64,000 nucleotides of DNA from Nemertoderma westbladi (taxonomy: Eukaryota > Animalia > Xenacoelomorpha): assembly GCA_032718475.1 (NCBI GenBank), contig JAUCBJ010002701.1, forward strand, positions 6,047-70,046. Direction: 5' to 3'. Each line of letters begins with the position of its first letter. Position 1 is the first letter of the stretch. The notes beneath the pieces are model-generated. The model was not told where the DNA came from. It was given only the letters and a program-made list of their open reading frames with translations, and did no database searches. This document shows positions 43,357 through 57,475 of this stretch, piece after piece. The position numbers and the translations under genes are program-made.

Positions 43357-44135
43357 ATGGAATATCTTTCTGGAATCGCCCGAGATTCAAAACATGACGA
43401 TTATGAGCAACATTTCGCGAAACCGATTTCGAGCAATCCGGCCAATTCCTCCGGTAACTGGTTCGCTACATACGACGCGATACCACCAACTACAGATAAC
43501 TGTATGTACGACATGTTCGATGTGGGAACAGCTGGCTATGAATGCTCCCCACTCTTCCTAATATCCTACCTCGCTTACAACTGCATCGCCGATCTCGAAT
43601 ACATCCAACTGTCGTTCGTTGCTATCCTCGTTCCTTTCGCTGCTCTCAGTAACATCATCGTCCTTTGGATTATAGCTTCAGACAGGTCGATGTGGTCATC
43701 TACAATCGTGTTTCTTAGCAACATGGCCGTCTCAGACCTCATCAAGGCCACGCTTCATACGCCGTTAACCAGTTTCCAAACTGTCTACAAGATTTGGCCT
43801 TTCGGTATTTCCACTCTGTCGCACAATCTGTGTTTTTTCACCGTGTTTATCGGCACTTGGAGCACCTGCGTTACTGCGCTAACCGTTCTAACCGCGGCAC
43901 TCGAGCGGTTTGTCGCAGTCCAGTGGCCGTTTAAGCCGCATATGAGTGGTCGCAAGTGTGTCGTAGTGGTAGTAGCGACCTGGGTTATAGCGGTTGTCTC
44001 TGGTGGTGTGGCTGTAAGTGACACGGATTTGACAACGGATCCCTCAACGGAGTGCATAACAGTTTGTGGCTTCGCCTACCAAGTTAACCAAACACTAGAT
44101 GATATTGAAGAACACATTGAAAGCAGACGAGCTCT
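43357..44135 (+). CDS. Class A (rhodopsin-like) neuropeptide GPCR, exon 1 (N-terminus to ECL2); tachykinin/NPY-receptor-like
   Basis: TM1 SNIIV, TM2 NMAVSDL, ECL1 WPFG..LC, TM3 ALERFVAV..P, TM4 W; donor CT|GTGAGT (phase 2). Confidence 0.9.
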
Positions 44136-44148
44136 GTGAGTACCGGTA

Positions 44149-44640
44149 TTAAACATAATTAATTAAACACAATTAATTAAACATAATTAATTAAACATAA
44201 TTAATTAAACATAATTAATTAAACATAATTAATTAAATATAATTAATTAAACATAATTAATTAAACATAATTAATTAAACATAATTAATTAAACATAATT
44301 AATTAAACATAATTAATTAAACATAATTAATTAAACATAATTAATTAAACATAATTAATTAAACATAATTAATTAAACATAATTAATTAAACATAATTAA
44401 TTAAACATAATTAATTAAACATAATTAGTTAAACATAATTAATTAAACATAATTAATTAAACATAATTAATTAAACATAATTAATTAAACATAATTAATT
44501 AAACATAATTAATTAAACATAATTAATTAAACATAATTAATTAAACATAATTAATTAAACATAATTAATTAAACATAATTAATTAAACATAATTAATTAA
44601 ACATAATTAATTAATCATAATTAATTAAACATAATTAATA
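44149..44640. repeat. 14-bp AT-rich minisatellite (AAACATAATTAATT, ~35 copies)
   Basis: Begins ~13 nt after the GPCR exon 1 donor. Confidence 0.95.
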
Positions 44641-44756
44641 TACGTAACTTTGTTTAATTAAGTTTACTGGTTTAATTATTATTTTTCATGTTGATCTTCC
44701 ATAATTACTGTTTACTGATACGATGAATCGATATAATAACCGCTCTATGTAGATAT

Positions 44757-45430
44757 TACGGCGCCCCTAAGGGGACATTAAAAATAAAAAAAAATTCTAA
44801 CACGAACTTCGTCTTACTAACACGAAGTTCGTGTTAGTAACACGAACTTCGTCTTACTAACACGAAGTTCGTGTTAGTAACACGAACTTCGTCTTACTAA
44901 CACGAAGTTCGTGTTAGGTAGGAGGGAAATTCAAATTACAAGGGTGGTATATTGCAATCCAATCATGTAGGTAGTGGTAGTACTGTACTGTATAAGGACT
45001 GTCTTATAGTTCATTATCTTACAATACTGATAGTATTGGTAATTGTGGTACCGGTTTCCTTCTCAGTTTCTTTATTAATTTTATTAGGTTCCAATAGGTC
45101 GTAGGTCATTATTTTGTCGCAAATAATGGAACGCAACGAAGTCATCAAAACGTACTTCGATTTATCATATACTTACAAGGAAATTAGTTTTGTGTTGGAG
45201 AAGGATCATAATATCCTTATAGGAGTTCGCCAAATTAAACGCGTTTTAATGCTATGGGGCTTTCGCGTCGTGTATATGACGACTTAGACGATGTTTATTC
45301 ATTTATTCAACATGAATTGAATGGGTCTGGAAGACTTTTGGGCTATCGTATGATGCATGCAAAGTGTAGGCTACATGGTCTCAGGGTTCGCAAGGAAGAC
45401 GTGCGAGTGATACTTAAGGATTTGGATGGA
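44757..45430 (+). mobile_element. 5' fragment of an IS3EU-like DNA transposon
   Basis: TACGG terminus; alternating 20-bp subterminal palindromic repeats at 44798-44917; frameshifted ORF from 45126 (MERNEVIKTYF...; GSGRLLGYRMM...VR.ILKDLD) resembling the region before the integrase core of these transposases. Confidence 0.6.
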
Positions 45431-45432
45431 GG

Positions 45433-45592
45433 ATGGTGGATCGGATACGGCCGCATGGTGGATCGGATACGGCCGCATGGTGGATCGGATACGGCCGCAT
45501 GGTGGATCGGATACGGCCGCATGGTGGATCGGATATGGCCGCAAGGTGGATCGGATACGGCCGCATGGCGGATCGGATACGGCCGCATGGCG
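45433..45592. repeat. 22-bp minisatellite (~7 copies)
   Basis: ATGGTGGATCGGATACGGCCGC, located at the point where the transposase fragment is truncated. Confidence 0.9.
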
Positions 45593-45795
45593 GACCTGAG
45601 CGACCAAACGCTTTTTAAACGTTTATCAAATTTTTTTGCTATAATTTGTACTATAATAACTAAAATTAACAAAATAATTCCCTTTACGCACGAATATTAT
45701 AAACCAAAGATAATATACAGTAGAATAATCCCGAGCGTTATTAGGTTCCACCCCTCATGTTCCTTAATAAGTTAATAGTTATCCCCAAGATGGAA

Positions 45796-45918
45796 ACCAC
45801 GAAGACCGGCCCCATCGCTAAACCCGAGTGCCGCCATGGACAGCGTCCGCCCCTCGACACCACAAAGACCGGCCCCATCGCTAAACCCGAGTGCCGCCCT
45901 AGACAGCGTCCGCCCCTC
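45796..45918. repeat. 60-bp tandem duplication
   Basis: ACCAC(G/A)AAGACCGGCCCCATCGCTAAACCCGAGTGCCGCC...CGTCCGCCCCTC x2. Confidence 0.85.
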
Positions 45919-47440
45919 AAGCAGAGCGAATTGGTAAACGATTATAAGTTACTTAAATCAAAAAATGGAATCATAAACTCAAATCGTTTGCAGTACTGGT
46001 TTAAAATATAAATAACTGTTTTATATACTTTTTAATATGCCTTTTGTGCACACTTGATAGGCCTTCAATAAATTGAGATAATGTTGGTAGCATCTGCTAA
46101 AATTTTACTACCATTTGAGCTACCTCTTGATAGATCTATCTGATTGGTAGCGTAAGGTGATTCATTACCTACCGCATTATAATATCGGGGACATCGATTC
46201 TAGAAGTGGACCGGTGGCCGTGATCTAATTCATGTAGATCACAAATCCAAATAGAAGAGCAAATGCATCTAACGATGTGGGTTGCGCCGGCGGTGAATAT
46301 CCAAATTTTAAATTATCTTGCAAATATAAGCGCTATCATTTTACATCCTGAGTAGTAAAACACACCATTAGGAGCCAACTATTTATTTGTATTGGATGGG
46401 AGGGGGGGGGGGGGGGGGGGGTGGGAGGAAGGAAACAGCTTGTAGGGACGAGGAACGGATATAAAACCAAGCAATTAACGGGGCGTGGAGAGGAGGAAAT
46501 GGGATTGGGACCTGGGATTTAACTAAGTAAAGTTCAAGGAAGCGTAGCAAATTCACTCAACTACATTGTAGTAGTAAACTAGGATTATATTGAAATCTTA
46601 TTCTCAAAGAGAAACCATATGTTACCAGATTTAATCATGCGCGCTGAGCTACTTGGATAACAGAAAGTATTAATCATCGAGGATTCTCAAGGACTGCACA
46701 GCCTCTGTGTGGTTTGATCATCTCCCGTCCATAAAGCCTTACTTAAGGTTTCTTTAGAACGCCCATCCCGGACCAATTACCTCTTCGACCCCCGGCGAAT
46801 ATCCTCATCTTTCGTTGACATCCAATTGTAAATTTATTCATGAAAGATAAATGTTTGAAAGAAACTCGTTCTTGCCCCCCTTGTGGAAGTTAAATTAGAA
46901 GGTAGGGGGTAACTGCAAAGCTCCAGGAGAAATTAAAAGTTCAGTTTGATAGAAACCCAATGAGTGCGGTGGGGTGCTAAGCCGTCATTAACCGTAGAAC
47001 GTTACTTAGATAACTTACCATAAACCCTCACAAATACTTGTGGCAAAGTGCTCTACAGTCATCTTTATTTCCACTTATTCGACCTCCGATTGTGTTAAGT
47101 TAGGTGGAACTATTTCATAGTAGATCTTCATTTTAAAAGACGATCATGTTCGTGCTATATATATATTTATTCGTTTCAAACTTTATAAATTACTAAGTCA
47201 ATAAAGTTCCCCGACCATTTAATATGATTTGCAATGCCATAGTTATTTTTACCAACCCAGACACACACTCGTTTCAGAAGCATGTCCTGTCCACTTACAG
47301 TTTAGCAGATCAGTTATCTATACAGATATATTAAGATATAATAGATACAATACTGTTCCTCTATATGACTATATGGTGGATAAGTCTGTCTACAGTCTGC
47401 GACGTGTCGATAAATCTGTTTAATACTAGCCCAATAATAT

Positions 47441-47627
47441 TGGGAAACTTTACACACATCTTAACAAACACACTGGGAAACTTTACACACATCTTAACAA
47501 ACGCACTGGGAAACTTTACACACATCTTAACAAACACACTGGAAACTTTACACACATCTTAACAAACACACTGGAAACTTTACACACATCTCAACACACT
47601 GGGAAACTTTACACACATCTTAACAAG
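47441..47627. repeat. 32-33-bp minisatellite (~6 copies)
   Basis: CTGGGAAACTTTACACACATCTTAACAAACACA. Confidence 0.9.
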
Positions 47628-47973
47628 CACATTTGCTTATTTTTGAATTCATGTGCAGCGGTAAAGATCATGATACACACCAGGAGCGGCGTGCGGCATC
47701 GGCGGGCGGCCGCGGCGAGATATATTATGTAAATATAAATAGATAATAAATACATTGATGAGTGACCCTTTCATCCTGGCATCTTTATCGCTTTAGCAAA
47801 CCCAATTGATATAATTTACATTGGGTTTATATAGTCCAGTGAAACTAGGCAAATTAAAGGATAACCCAAAACTAATTCGCGATTTATCCGAACTACTTTT
47901 TTATCCTACATAATTATTTTCTAATAATCCCAAAATGTTTATAGATGTTACCATTAATTCCATGTTTTTCCCT

Positions 47974-48246
47974 AAAAGTAAAAGTAAAGTAAATGTTCTT
48001 TGGCCGCTAGGCCATTGATTACGCACAAAGTCTGACGACTTATTTCCAGTGCGGTCCCCCCAGAACTTTACTCCCCAGAGGAAACTCCAGTACTCATTTA
48101 GCTACCACTTAAGGATGCATGCAAGGCAGAGATGCGCCCTGGTCCCTTTAAAGCATTCGTGCCGAAACGAAAACTGCCCTGACCCATGTGAGGATCGCAC
48201 CCACGACCTAGGGGAGATGTGAATTCAATGCGACCACTACACCAAG
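47974..48246 (-). mobile_element. tRNA-derived SINE, copy 2
   Basis: Reverse complement aligns with 3505-3829 (GTTTTCGTTTCGGCACGAAT, GGTAGCTAAATGAGTACTGGAG, GGAAATAAGTCGTC, TTTAC tail). Confidence 0.85.
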
Positions 48247-48336
48247 GTGGAACAAGGTACAAGCAACAAGGAATTTAGAACACAATAATTTTATTGAATG
48301 GGATAATCTTTTAGGCTCGTAAGGCCAAGGAACGCG

Positions 48337-51300
48337 TGTTCACCACCATGAGTGATCTTCTACAGTAAAACCTTCCACTCTGTTTCCTAAAGGAATGCCT
48401 GTTCTCCACCATGGGTGATCTTCCGCAGTAAAACCCTTCCACTCTGTTTCCTAAAGGAATGCCTGTTCACCACCATGGGTGATCTTCCACAGTAAACCAT
48501 TCCACTCTGTTTCCTAAAGGAATGCCTGTTCACCACCATGGGTGATCTTAACAGTTAACACTTCCACTCTGTTTCATAAAGGAATGCCTGTTCTCCACCA
48601 TGGGTGATCTTCCGCAGTAAACCCTTCCACTCTGTTTCCTAAAGGAATGCCTGTTCACCACCAAGGGTGATCTTCCACAGTAAACCCTTCCACTCTGTTT
48701 CATAAAGGAATACCTGTTCACCACCATGAGTGATCTTCTACAGTAAACCCTTCCACTCGGTTTCCTAAAGGAATGCCTGTTCACAACCATGGGTGATCTT
48801 AACAGTTAACACTTCCACTCTGTTTCATAAAGGAATGCCTGTTCTCCACCATGGGTGATCTTCCACAGTAAACCCTACCACTCTGTTTCCTAAAGGAATG
48901 CCTGTTCACCACCATGAGTGATCTTCTACAGTAAACCCTTCCACTCTGTTTCATAAAGGAATACCTGTTCACCACCATGAGTGATCTTCTACAGTAAACC
49001 CTTCCACTCGGTTTCCTAAAGGAATGCCTGTTCACAACCATGGGTGATCTTCCACAGTAAACCCTTCCATTCTGTTTCCTAAAGGAATGCCTGTTCAACA
49101 CCATGGGTGATCTTAACAGTTAACACTTCCACTCTGTTTCATAAAGGAATGCCTGTTCTCCACCATGGGTGATCTTCCACAGTAAACCCTTCCACTCGGT
49201 TTCCTAAAGGAATGCCTGTTCACAACCATGGGCGATCTTCCACAGTAAACCCTTCCACTCTGTTTCATAAAGGAATACCTGTTCTCCGCCATGGGTGATC
49301 TTCCATAGTAAACCCTTCCACTCTGTTTCCTAAAGGAATGCTTATACACCACCATGGGTGATCTTAACAGTAAACCCTTCCACTCTGTTTCCTAAAGGAA
49401 TGCCTGTTCACCACCATGGTTGATATTCCACAGTAAACCCTTCCACTCTGTTTCCTAAAGGAATGCCTGTTCACCACCATGAGTGATCTTCTACAGTAAA
49501 CCCTTCCACTCTGTTTCCCAAAGGAATGCCTGTTCACCACCATGAGTGATCTTCTACAGTAAACCCACGTCCACTCTGTTTCCCAAAGGAATGCCTGTTC
49601 ACCACCATGGTTGATATTCCACAGTAAACCCTTCCACTCTGTTTCCTAAAGGAATGCCTGTTCACCACCATGAGTGATCTTCTACAGTAAACCCTTCCAC
49701 TCTGTTTCCCAAAGGAATGCCTGTTCACCACCATGAGTGATCTTCTACAGTAAACCCACGTCCACTCTGTTTCCCAAAGGAATGCCTGTTCACCACCATG
49801 AGTGATCTTCTACAGTAAACCCTTCCACTCTGTTTCATAAAGGAATACCTGTTCACCACCATGAGTGATCTTCCGCAGTAAACCCTTCCACTCTGTTTCC
49901 TAAAGGAATGCCTGTTCACCACCATGAGTGATCTTCTACAGTAAACCCTTCCACTCTGTTTCATAAAGGAATACCTGTTCACCACCATGAGTGATCTTCC
50001 GCAGTAAACCCTTCCACTCTGTTTCATAAAGGAATGCCTGTTCTCCACCATGGGTGATCTTCCACAGTAAACCCTTCCACTCTGTTTCATAAAGGAATGC
50101 CTGTTCTCCACCATGGGTGATCTTCCACAGTAAACCCTACCACTCTGTTTCCTAAAGGAATGCCTGTTCACCACCATGAGTGATCTTCTACAGTAAACCC
50201 TTCCACTCTGTTTCATAAAGGAATACCTGTTCACCACCATGAGTGATCTTCTACAGTAAACCCTTCCACTCGGTTTCCTAAAGGAATGCCTGTTCACAAC
50301 CATGGGTGATCTTCCACAGTAAACCCTTCCATTCTGTTTCCTAAAGGAATGCCTGTTCACCACCATGGGTGATCTTAACAGTTAACACTTCCACTCTGTT
50401 TCATAAAGGAATGCCTGTTCTCCACCATGGGTGATCTTCCATAGTAAACCCTTCCATTCTGTTTCCTAAAGGAATGCCTGTTCACCACCATGGGTGATCT
50501 TAACAGTTAACACTTCCACTCTGTTTCATAAAGGAATGCCTGTTCTCCACCATGGGTGATCTTCCGCAGTAAACCCTTCCACTCTGTTTCCTAAAGGAAT
50601 GCCTGTTCACGACCATGGGTGATCATCCACAGTAAACCCTTCCACTCTGTTTCATAAAGGAATGCCTGTTCTCCACCATGGGTGATCTTTCACAGTAAAC
50701 CCTTCCACTCTGTTTCATAAAGGAATGCCTGTTCTCCACCATGGGTGATCTTCCACAGTAAACCCTTCCACTCGGTTTCCTAAAGGAATGCCTGTTCACA
50801 ACCATGGGCGATCTTCCACAGTAAACCCTTCCACTCTGTTTCATAAAGGAATACCTGTTCTCCGCCATGGGTGATCTTCCATAGTAAACCCTTCCACTCT
50901 GTTTCCTAAAGGAATGCTTATACACCACCATGGGTGATCTTAACAGTAAACCCTTCCACTCTGTTTCATAAAGGAATGCCTGTTCTCCACCATGGGTGAT
51001 CTTACACAGTTATCCCTTCCATTATGTTTCATAAAAGAATGCCTGTTCACCACCATGGGTGATCGTCCACAGTAAACCCTTCCACTCTGTTTCATAAAGG
51101 AATGCCTGTTCTCCACCATGGGTAATCTTCAACAGTAAACCCTTCCACTCTGTTTCCTAAAGGAATGCATGTTCACTACTATATGGTTGATCTTCAACAG
51201 TAAACCCTTCCACTCTGTTTCCTAAAGGAATGCCTGTTCTCCACCATGGGTGATTTTCCATAGTAAACCCTTCCATTCTGTTTCCTAAAGGAATGCCTGT

Positions 51301-54000
51301 TCACCACCATGGGTGATCTTAACAGTTAACACTTCCACTCTGTTTCATAAAGGAATGCCTGTTCTCCACCATGGGTGATCTTCCGCAGTAAACCCTTCCA
51401 CTCTGTTTCCTAAAGGAATGCCTGTTCACCACCAAGGGTGATCTTCCACAGTAAACCCTTCCACTCTGTTTCATAAAGGAATACCTGTTCACCACCATGA
51501 GTGATCTTCTACAGTAAACCCTTCCACTCGGTTTCCTAAAGGAATGCCTGTTCACCACCATGGGTGATCTTAACAGTTAACACTTCCACTCTGTTTCATA
51601 AAGGAATGCCTGTTCTCCACCATGGGTGATCTTCCACAGTAAACCCTACCACTCTGTTTCCTAAAGGAATGCCTGTTCACCACCATGAGTGATCTTCTAC
51701 AGTAAACCCTTCCACTCTGTTTCATAAAGGAATACCTGTTCACCACCATGAGTGATCTTCCGCAGTAAACCCTTCCACTCTGTTTCATAAAGGAATGCCT
51801 GTTCTCCACCATGGGTGATCTTCCACAGTAAACCCTTCCACTCTGTTTCATAAAGGAATGCCTGTTCACAACCATGGGCGATCTTCCACAGTAAACCCTT
51901 CCACTCTGTTTCATAAAGGAATGCCTGTTCTCCACCATGGGTGATCTTCCACAGTAAACCCTACCACTCTGTTTCCTAAAGGAATGCCTGTTCACCACCA
52001 TGAGTGATCTTCTACAGTAAACCCTTCCACTCTGTTTCATAAAGGAATACCTGTTCACCACCATGAGTGATCTTCTACAGTAAACCCTTCCACTCTGTTT
52101 CATAAAGGAATACCTGTTCACCACCATGAGTGATCTTCCACAGTAAACCACTCCACTGTTTCCTAAAGGAATGCCTGTTCTCCACCATGGGTGATCTTCC
52201 ACAGTAAACCCTTCCACTCTGTTTCATAAAGGAATGCCTGTTCTCCACCATGGGTGATCTTCCACAGTAAACCCTACCACTCTGTTTCCTAAAGGAATGC
52301 CTGTTCACCACCATGAGTGATCTTCTACAGTAAACCCTTCCACTCTGTTTCATAAAGGAATACCTGTTCACCACCATGAGTGATCTTCCACAGTAAACCA
52401 CTCCACTGTTTCCTAAAGGAATGCCTGTTCTCCACCATGGGTGATCTTCCACAGTAAACCCTTCCACTCTGTTTCATAAAGGAATGCCTGTTCTCCACCA
52501 TGGGTGATCTTCCACAGTAAACCCTACCACTCTGTTTCCTAAAGGAATGCCTGTTCACCACCATGAGTGATCTTCTACAGTAAACCCTTCCACTCTGTTT
52601 CATAAAGGAATACCTGTTCACCACCATGAGTGATCTTCTACAGTAAACCCTTCCACTCGGTTTCCTAAAGGAATGCCTGTTCACAACCATGGGTGATCTT
52701 CCACAGTAAACCCTTCCATTCTGTTTCCTAAAGGAATGCCTGTTCACCACCATGGGTGATCTTAACAGTTAACACTTCCACTCTGTTTCATAAAGGAATG
52801 CCTGTTCTCCACCATGGGTGATCTTCCATAGTAAACCCTTCCATTCTGTTTCCTAAAGGAATGCCTGTTCACCACCATGGGTGATCTTAACAGTTAACAC
52901 TTCCACTCTGTTTCATAAAGGAATGCCTGTTCTCCACCATGGGTGATCTTCCGCAGTAAACCCTTCCACTCTGTTTCCTAAAGGAATGCCTGTTCACGAC
53001 CATGGGTGATCATCCACAGTAAACCCTTCCACTCTGTTTCATAAAGGAATGCCTGTTCTCCACCATGGGTGATCTTTCACAGTAAACCCTTCCACTCTGT
53101 TTCATAAAGGAATGCCTGTTCTCCACCATGGGTGATCTTCCACAGTAAACCCTTCCACTCGGTTTCCTAAAGGAATGCCTGTTCACAACCATGGGCGATC
53201 TTCCACAGTAAACCCTTCCACTCTGTTTCATAAAGGAATACCTGTTCTCCGCCATGGGTGATCTTCCATAGTAAACCCTTCCACTCTGCTTCCTAAAGGA
53301 ATGCTTATACACCACCATGGGTGATCTTAACAGTAAACCCTTCCACTCTGTTTCATAAAGGAATGCCTGTTCTCCACCATGGGTGATCTTACACAGTTAT
53401 CCCTTCCATTATGTTTCATTAAGGAATGCCTGTTCACCACCATGGGTGATCGTCCACAGTAAACCCTTCCACTCTGTTTCATAAAGGAATGCCTGTTCTC
53501 CACCATGGGTAATCTTCAACAGTAAACCCTTCCACTCTGTTTCCTAAAGGAATGCATGTTCACTACTATATGGTTGATCTTCAACAGTAAACCCTTCCAC
53601 TCTGTTTCCTAAAGGAATGCATGTTCACTACTATATGGTTGATCTTCCACAGTAAACCCTTACACTCTGTTTCCTAAAGGAATGCCTGTTCACCACCATG
53701 GGTGATCTACCACAGTAAACCCTTCCACTCTGTTTCCTAAAGGTATGCCTGTTCACCACCATTTTGATCTTCCACAGTAAACCCTTCCACTCTGTTTCCT
53801 AAAGGAATGCCTGTTCACCACCATGGCTGATCTTCAACAGTAAACCCGTCCACCCCGTTTCCTAAAGGAATGCCTGTTCACCACCATCGGTGATCTTCCA
53901 CAGTAAACCCTTCCACTCTGTTTCCTATAAGAATGCCTGTTCACCACCATGGGTGATCTTCCACAGTAAACCCTTCCACTCTGTTTCCTATAAAAATGCC
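48337..54000. repeat. 63-bp intronic satellite (~90 copies); last unit completed at 58110-58134
   Basis: Unit TGTTCACCACCATGGGTGATCTTCCACAGTAAACCCTTCCACTCTGTTTCCTAAAGGAATGCC. Confidence 0.97.
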
Positions 54001-54388
54001 AAATAATATGTAACGGCTATCATCATAAACTGTGTGATCGGCAGAAATGCTGGAGACCCACGGAATCATGTGTCTGTTGGGTCTGTGACTGCCCGGCAAC
54101 AACCAAGGAACACTATTAATCCTGCACCAAAATCACACAATGCAACTCGGTCCTTCACTATGCCCTATTTTTAAATAGTTTTTATCGTGATACTCATAAT
54201 TAGTAATTATTATTATTTTTTTTTTTAAAACTGCGCCCCCACGCGGGGCAAATGGAGACCTTTATTTCGATTCATTCAAATATTTACATAAGATACTCAA
54301 TAAAATAAAACAATTTATATTATACATTCATATAAAAAATCTGTTAACATTTTGCGTAACCTTAGGCCTTTATCTTTATTGTAGACTA

Positions 54389-57196
54389 TTATTGTGCCGC
54401 TAGAGATGAAAGTTCAGGTGAGCTCGAGCATTCTAGAACATGGTAAAGGTCCTCGGCGCTGTTACCGCAATATTTGCACGTGCAAGTTTGCATTCTTTCA
54501 TGAAACGGGGTTGTTGTGGAGCAAATTATATGGTGGAAACCATGCGCGGTTGTTCTTGTTATTATGTGGCGATTCCTTTGATTAGTGGATCTCCAGACGT
54601 TAGACTTGAAGGCTGGCCCCAATATATACCCTTGACCTGAGAAGTTATTATCCCTTTCCGTTCGAAAATTGCGGTAGAGTTCTAATGCGGCTGGGTTGAT
54701 AATATTGGGATACTGCTCACATATATCTTCGGTGAGGGTTTTGCAGTTGGTAAGGTTGTGAGCCAGGGTAGACGATGCGTTTGTCGGAAGTGATAATAGG
54801 CGTTTTAGAAAGGTAGATTTAATTTTATCCAGTTCTTTAAGATTTGAGACTGTCAAATGTGGAGCTATTTCCGGGAAAGCGTAAGTTACGGCGGGGTATA
54901 TTTTCATTTTGAAGATTTTTACACCAGTTTTGATAGAGACGAGGTTCAGATTTCTCAAGCAGCCTATTAGAGTGTAAGACCGTTGTTTTTTATTCTCAAT
55001 GTGTTGGGTAAAGCACAATGTAGGTTGTAGAGTGACCCCTAGGTAGGTGTACCGGTTAGTTATTTCTATTGGGAGGCCCCCGTATTTGAACACATCAGCC
55101 TTAGCCAGTCTTCCACCACGCCGGAATTTGATAACTTTTGTTTTATCTAAATTTACATGCATTTTATTTAGTTTACACCATTCATATAGTTGATCTAGCC
55201 CAGCTTGGATAGCTTCTTTTTCTGTAGAATAGAGAACAAGATCATCTGCGAAAAATATAAATAGTAGTGCCGATCCTATACGTCGGAGTAAAGTCGAGAG
55301 ATCCGCAATAAACATGATGAAACCAGTTGGTGAAAAACAGTCACCTTGTAGTATTCCACGTAATTGGACTATTGGTGAAGAGTATTTAATACCATCATAG
55401 ATTTTAACAGAGTTATTAAAGATTGCCCGAATAAGTTGAAATAACTTCCCTTTTATTCCAAATTGTGTGTACATCTTATACAGCAATATATTTCTATCGA
55501 CCAAGTCGAACGCCTTTCTGAAGTCAACAAAGACGGCATATACCGGTTTGGAGTTAGTATTATGCACAGTGACATTTACAAACTCTATGAATTTCTTAAG
55601 TGCCTGCCTCGTCGACCGCCCGGTAATGAACCCATATTGCTCTGTGGGTAACATAGTCTTTATCTTGGATATAACACGTGCATTTATCATTGATGTAAAT
55701 ATCTTCAAAAGTACACATATCATGGCCACCCCCCTATAGTTTCCGGGGTCGATGTAGCTACCCTTGCCTTTATATAATATTTTTATAATGCTGGTCTTCC
55801 AAATCTGGGGAATGTAACTCACATTCAGACATGTGTTGAACAATAACACTAGGATGGTGATCATGTAAGGTATCACTTGCTTGAAATGTTCATAGAACAG
55901 ACCATCTGTGCCGCAAGCTTTCCCATTTGCTGTTCTGTTGATGGCGTTGTTCACCTCTGTTTCACCGAATGGCTGATTATACCAATCGTCCGATTCGTTT
56001 TCACCTGGTACCGGTGTGAAAAATGGTTGATTTGGTGGTGATTCTGGTGATGTTTCGTTTTGGCCGATAAGAGTTTCAAAATGCTGTTCTAGAATTTTCA
56101 GATCTATTGGAGCTACAGTTGCGACCCTTGCATCTTTCCACAATGACCAAGGGGTTATCTCGGATTGGCGGAGTCTGTTTAGTAGAAGCTCTTCTTTATG
56201 TGCTAACATTTTAACTTTGATAAGACGCTTATATTCTTTCCGAAGAGACCAATAACCTGTAACATTATTGGAGTAGACACGCTGTTCATGCAGGATTGAC
56301 ATGAGTTCACGTTTCCTCGACTTGCACTCGTCATCGTACCAGGGTTGATGATGAGAGCGGGATTTATGGTGCTTCTGTGAAGCTGCTGAGATTGTGTTGT
56401 TGATATTATCAACCGCTGTATCTATTTCACCTTCGAGCAGATAGGAAATGATATCATTTTTTCGGAGTTCTTCTTCTAGGATATTAGTGTTTAACTTTCG
56501 TGATAGTTGAGGAGCTGGTTTATCAATATACTCGTTGTTAAAGGCTATAACAATGTGTAAATCAACCCGTTGGTGTTTACGAATTGGGTGTAATCTAATA
56601 GTTACAGACGACGCACGCACCTCAATGCCTGAGGGGACGCGTGTGTAATAGAGATCGATGGTGCTCGTTCCTTGTGGAGAATAGTAAGTACACTCTGAAG
56701 ATTTGTTTTGCACCGTAAATCCCAGGATTTGCAGGTTGGTCCTGAGGTCAGTTCCGCGGGTTCCAGTTGCTCTGTCGTCGATTCGACAATTAAAATCACC
56801 TCCAAGTATAATCGGTACTTAAGGATTAGTGAAGGTAAGCGCCTCGCTGATAGAAAGCAGAATATCCTCTATACTTGTCTCAGGGTTAAAGTAAAAAGCT
56901 AGTATGTATGCAGCATTCGTTCTAAGAACTAAGTAATTGTCAGTTACGGCGATTTCTTTTGGAGAGAGTTCAGGTTTAGCAAGGATTACTAGTCCGCCCT
57001 GAGGTCGGCCCCTTCCTGAGTTCCGAGCAGGTTGCACGTAAGAGTAAAATCCAGGGAATGAAAACTCTTTTTTGCAATAGAATGTCTCAGTTAACAAAAG
57101 TAGGTCTGCCTCCCCAACTACTTCCCGATTACTTAGTGTTTCATGAACATAATTCAACCCTTCTACATTCCAAAGCGCGAGTTTTAGTGATCGCAT
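54389..57196 (-). pseudogene. LINE ORF2 (endonuclease-RT-zinc finger) with one in-frame stop
   Basis: WNVEGL, LTETF, GGDFN, TIDL, FVDFRKAFD, QGD, FADD and CKYC..H...C are all in one frame; TAA at 56819-56821. Confidence 0.88.
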
Positions 57197-57475
57197 CGGT
57201 GTTTGTTCGGAGTCTGAGGTACATTGCACATCGGAAACTTCGGTAAGGGGGGATGAACCCGTAGCTTCTACATTCCATAAGCCGATAGGGAGTTGCCGTC
57301 AATCATTTTGCTCGACTGCGGCAGATTGTTGAACATTGCGTGAGGGTCGACTTCTGTAGCCAAATTGGGCGCGTTCCAGATTGCTGAGATGGTAGTTCTT
57401 TATTAGTATCCCATCATCCCATATCTCAGGATTCATTAAAGCGGTGCGGTGCTCCTGACTGCAGATTAAATGAAA

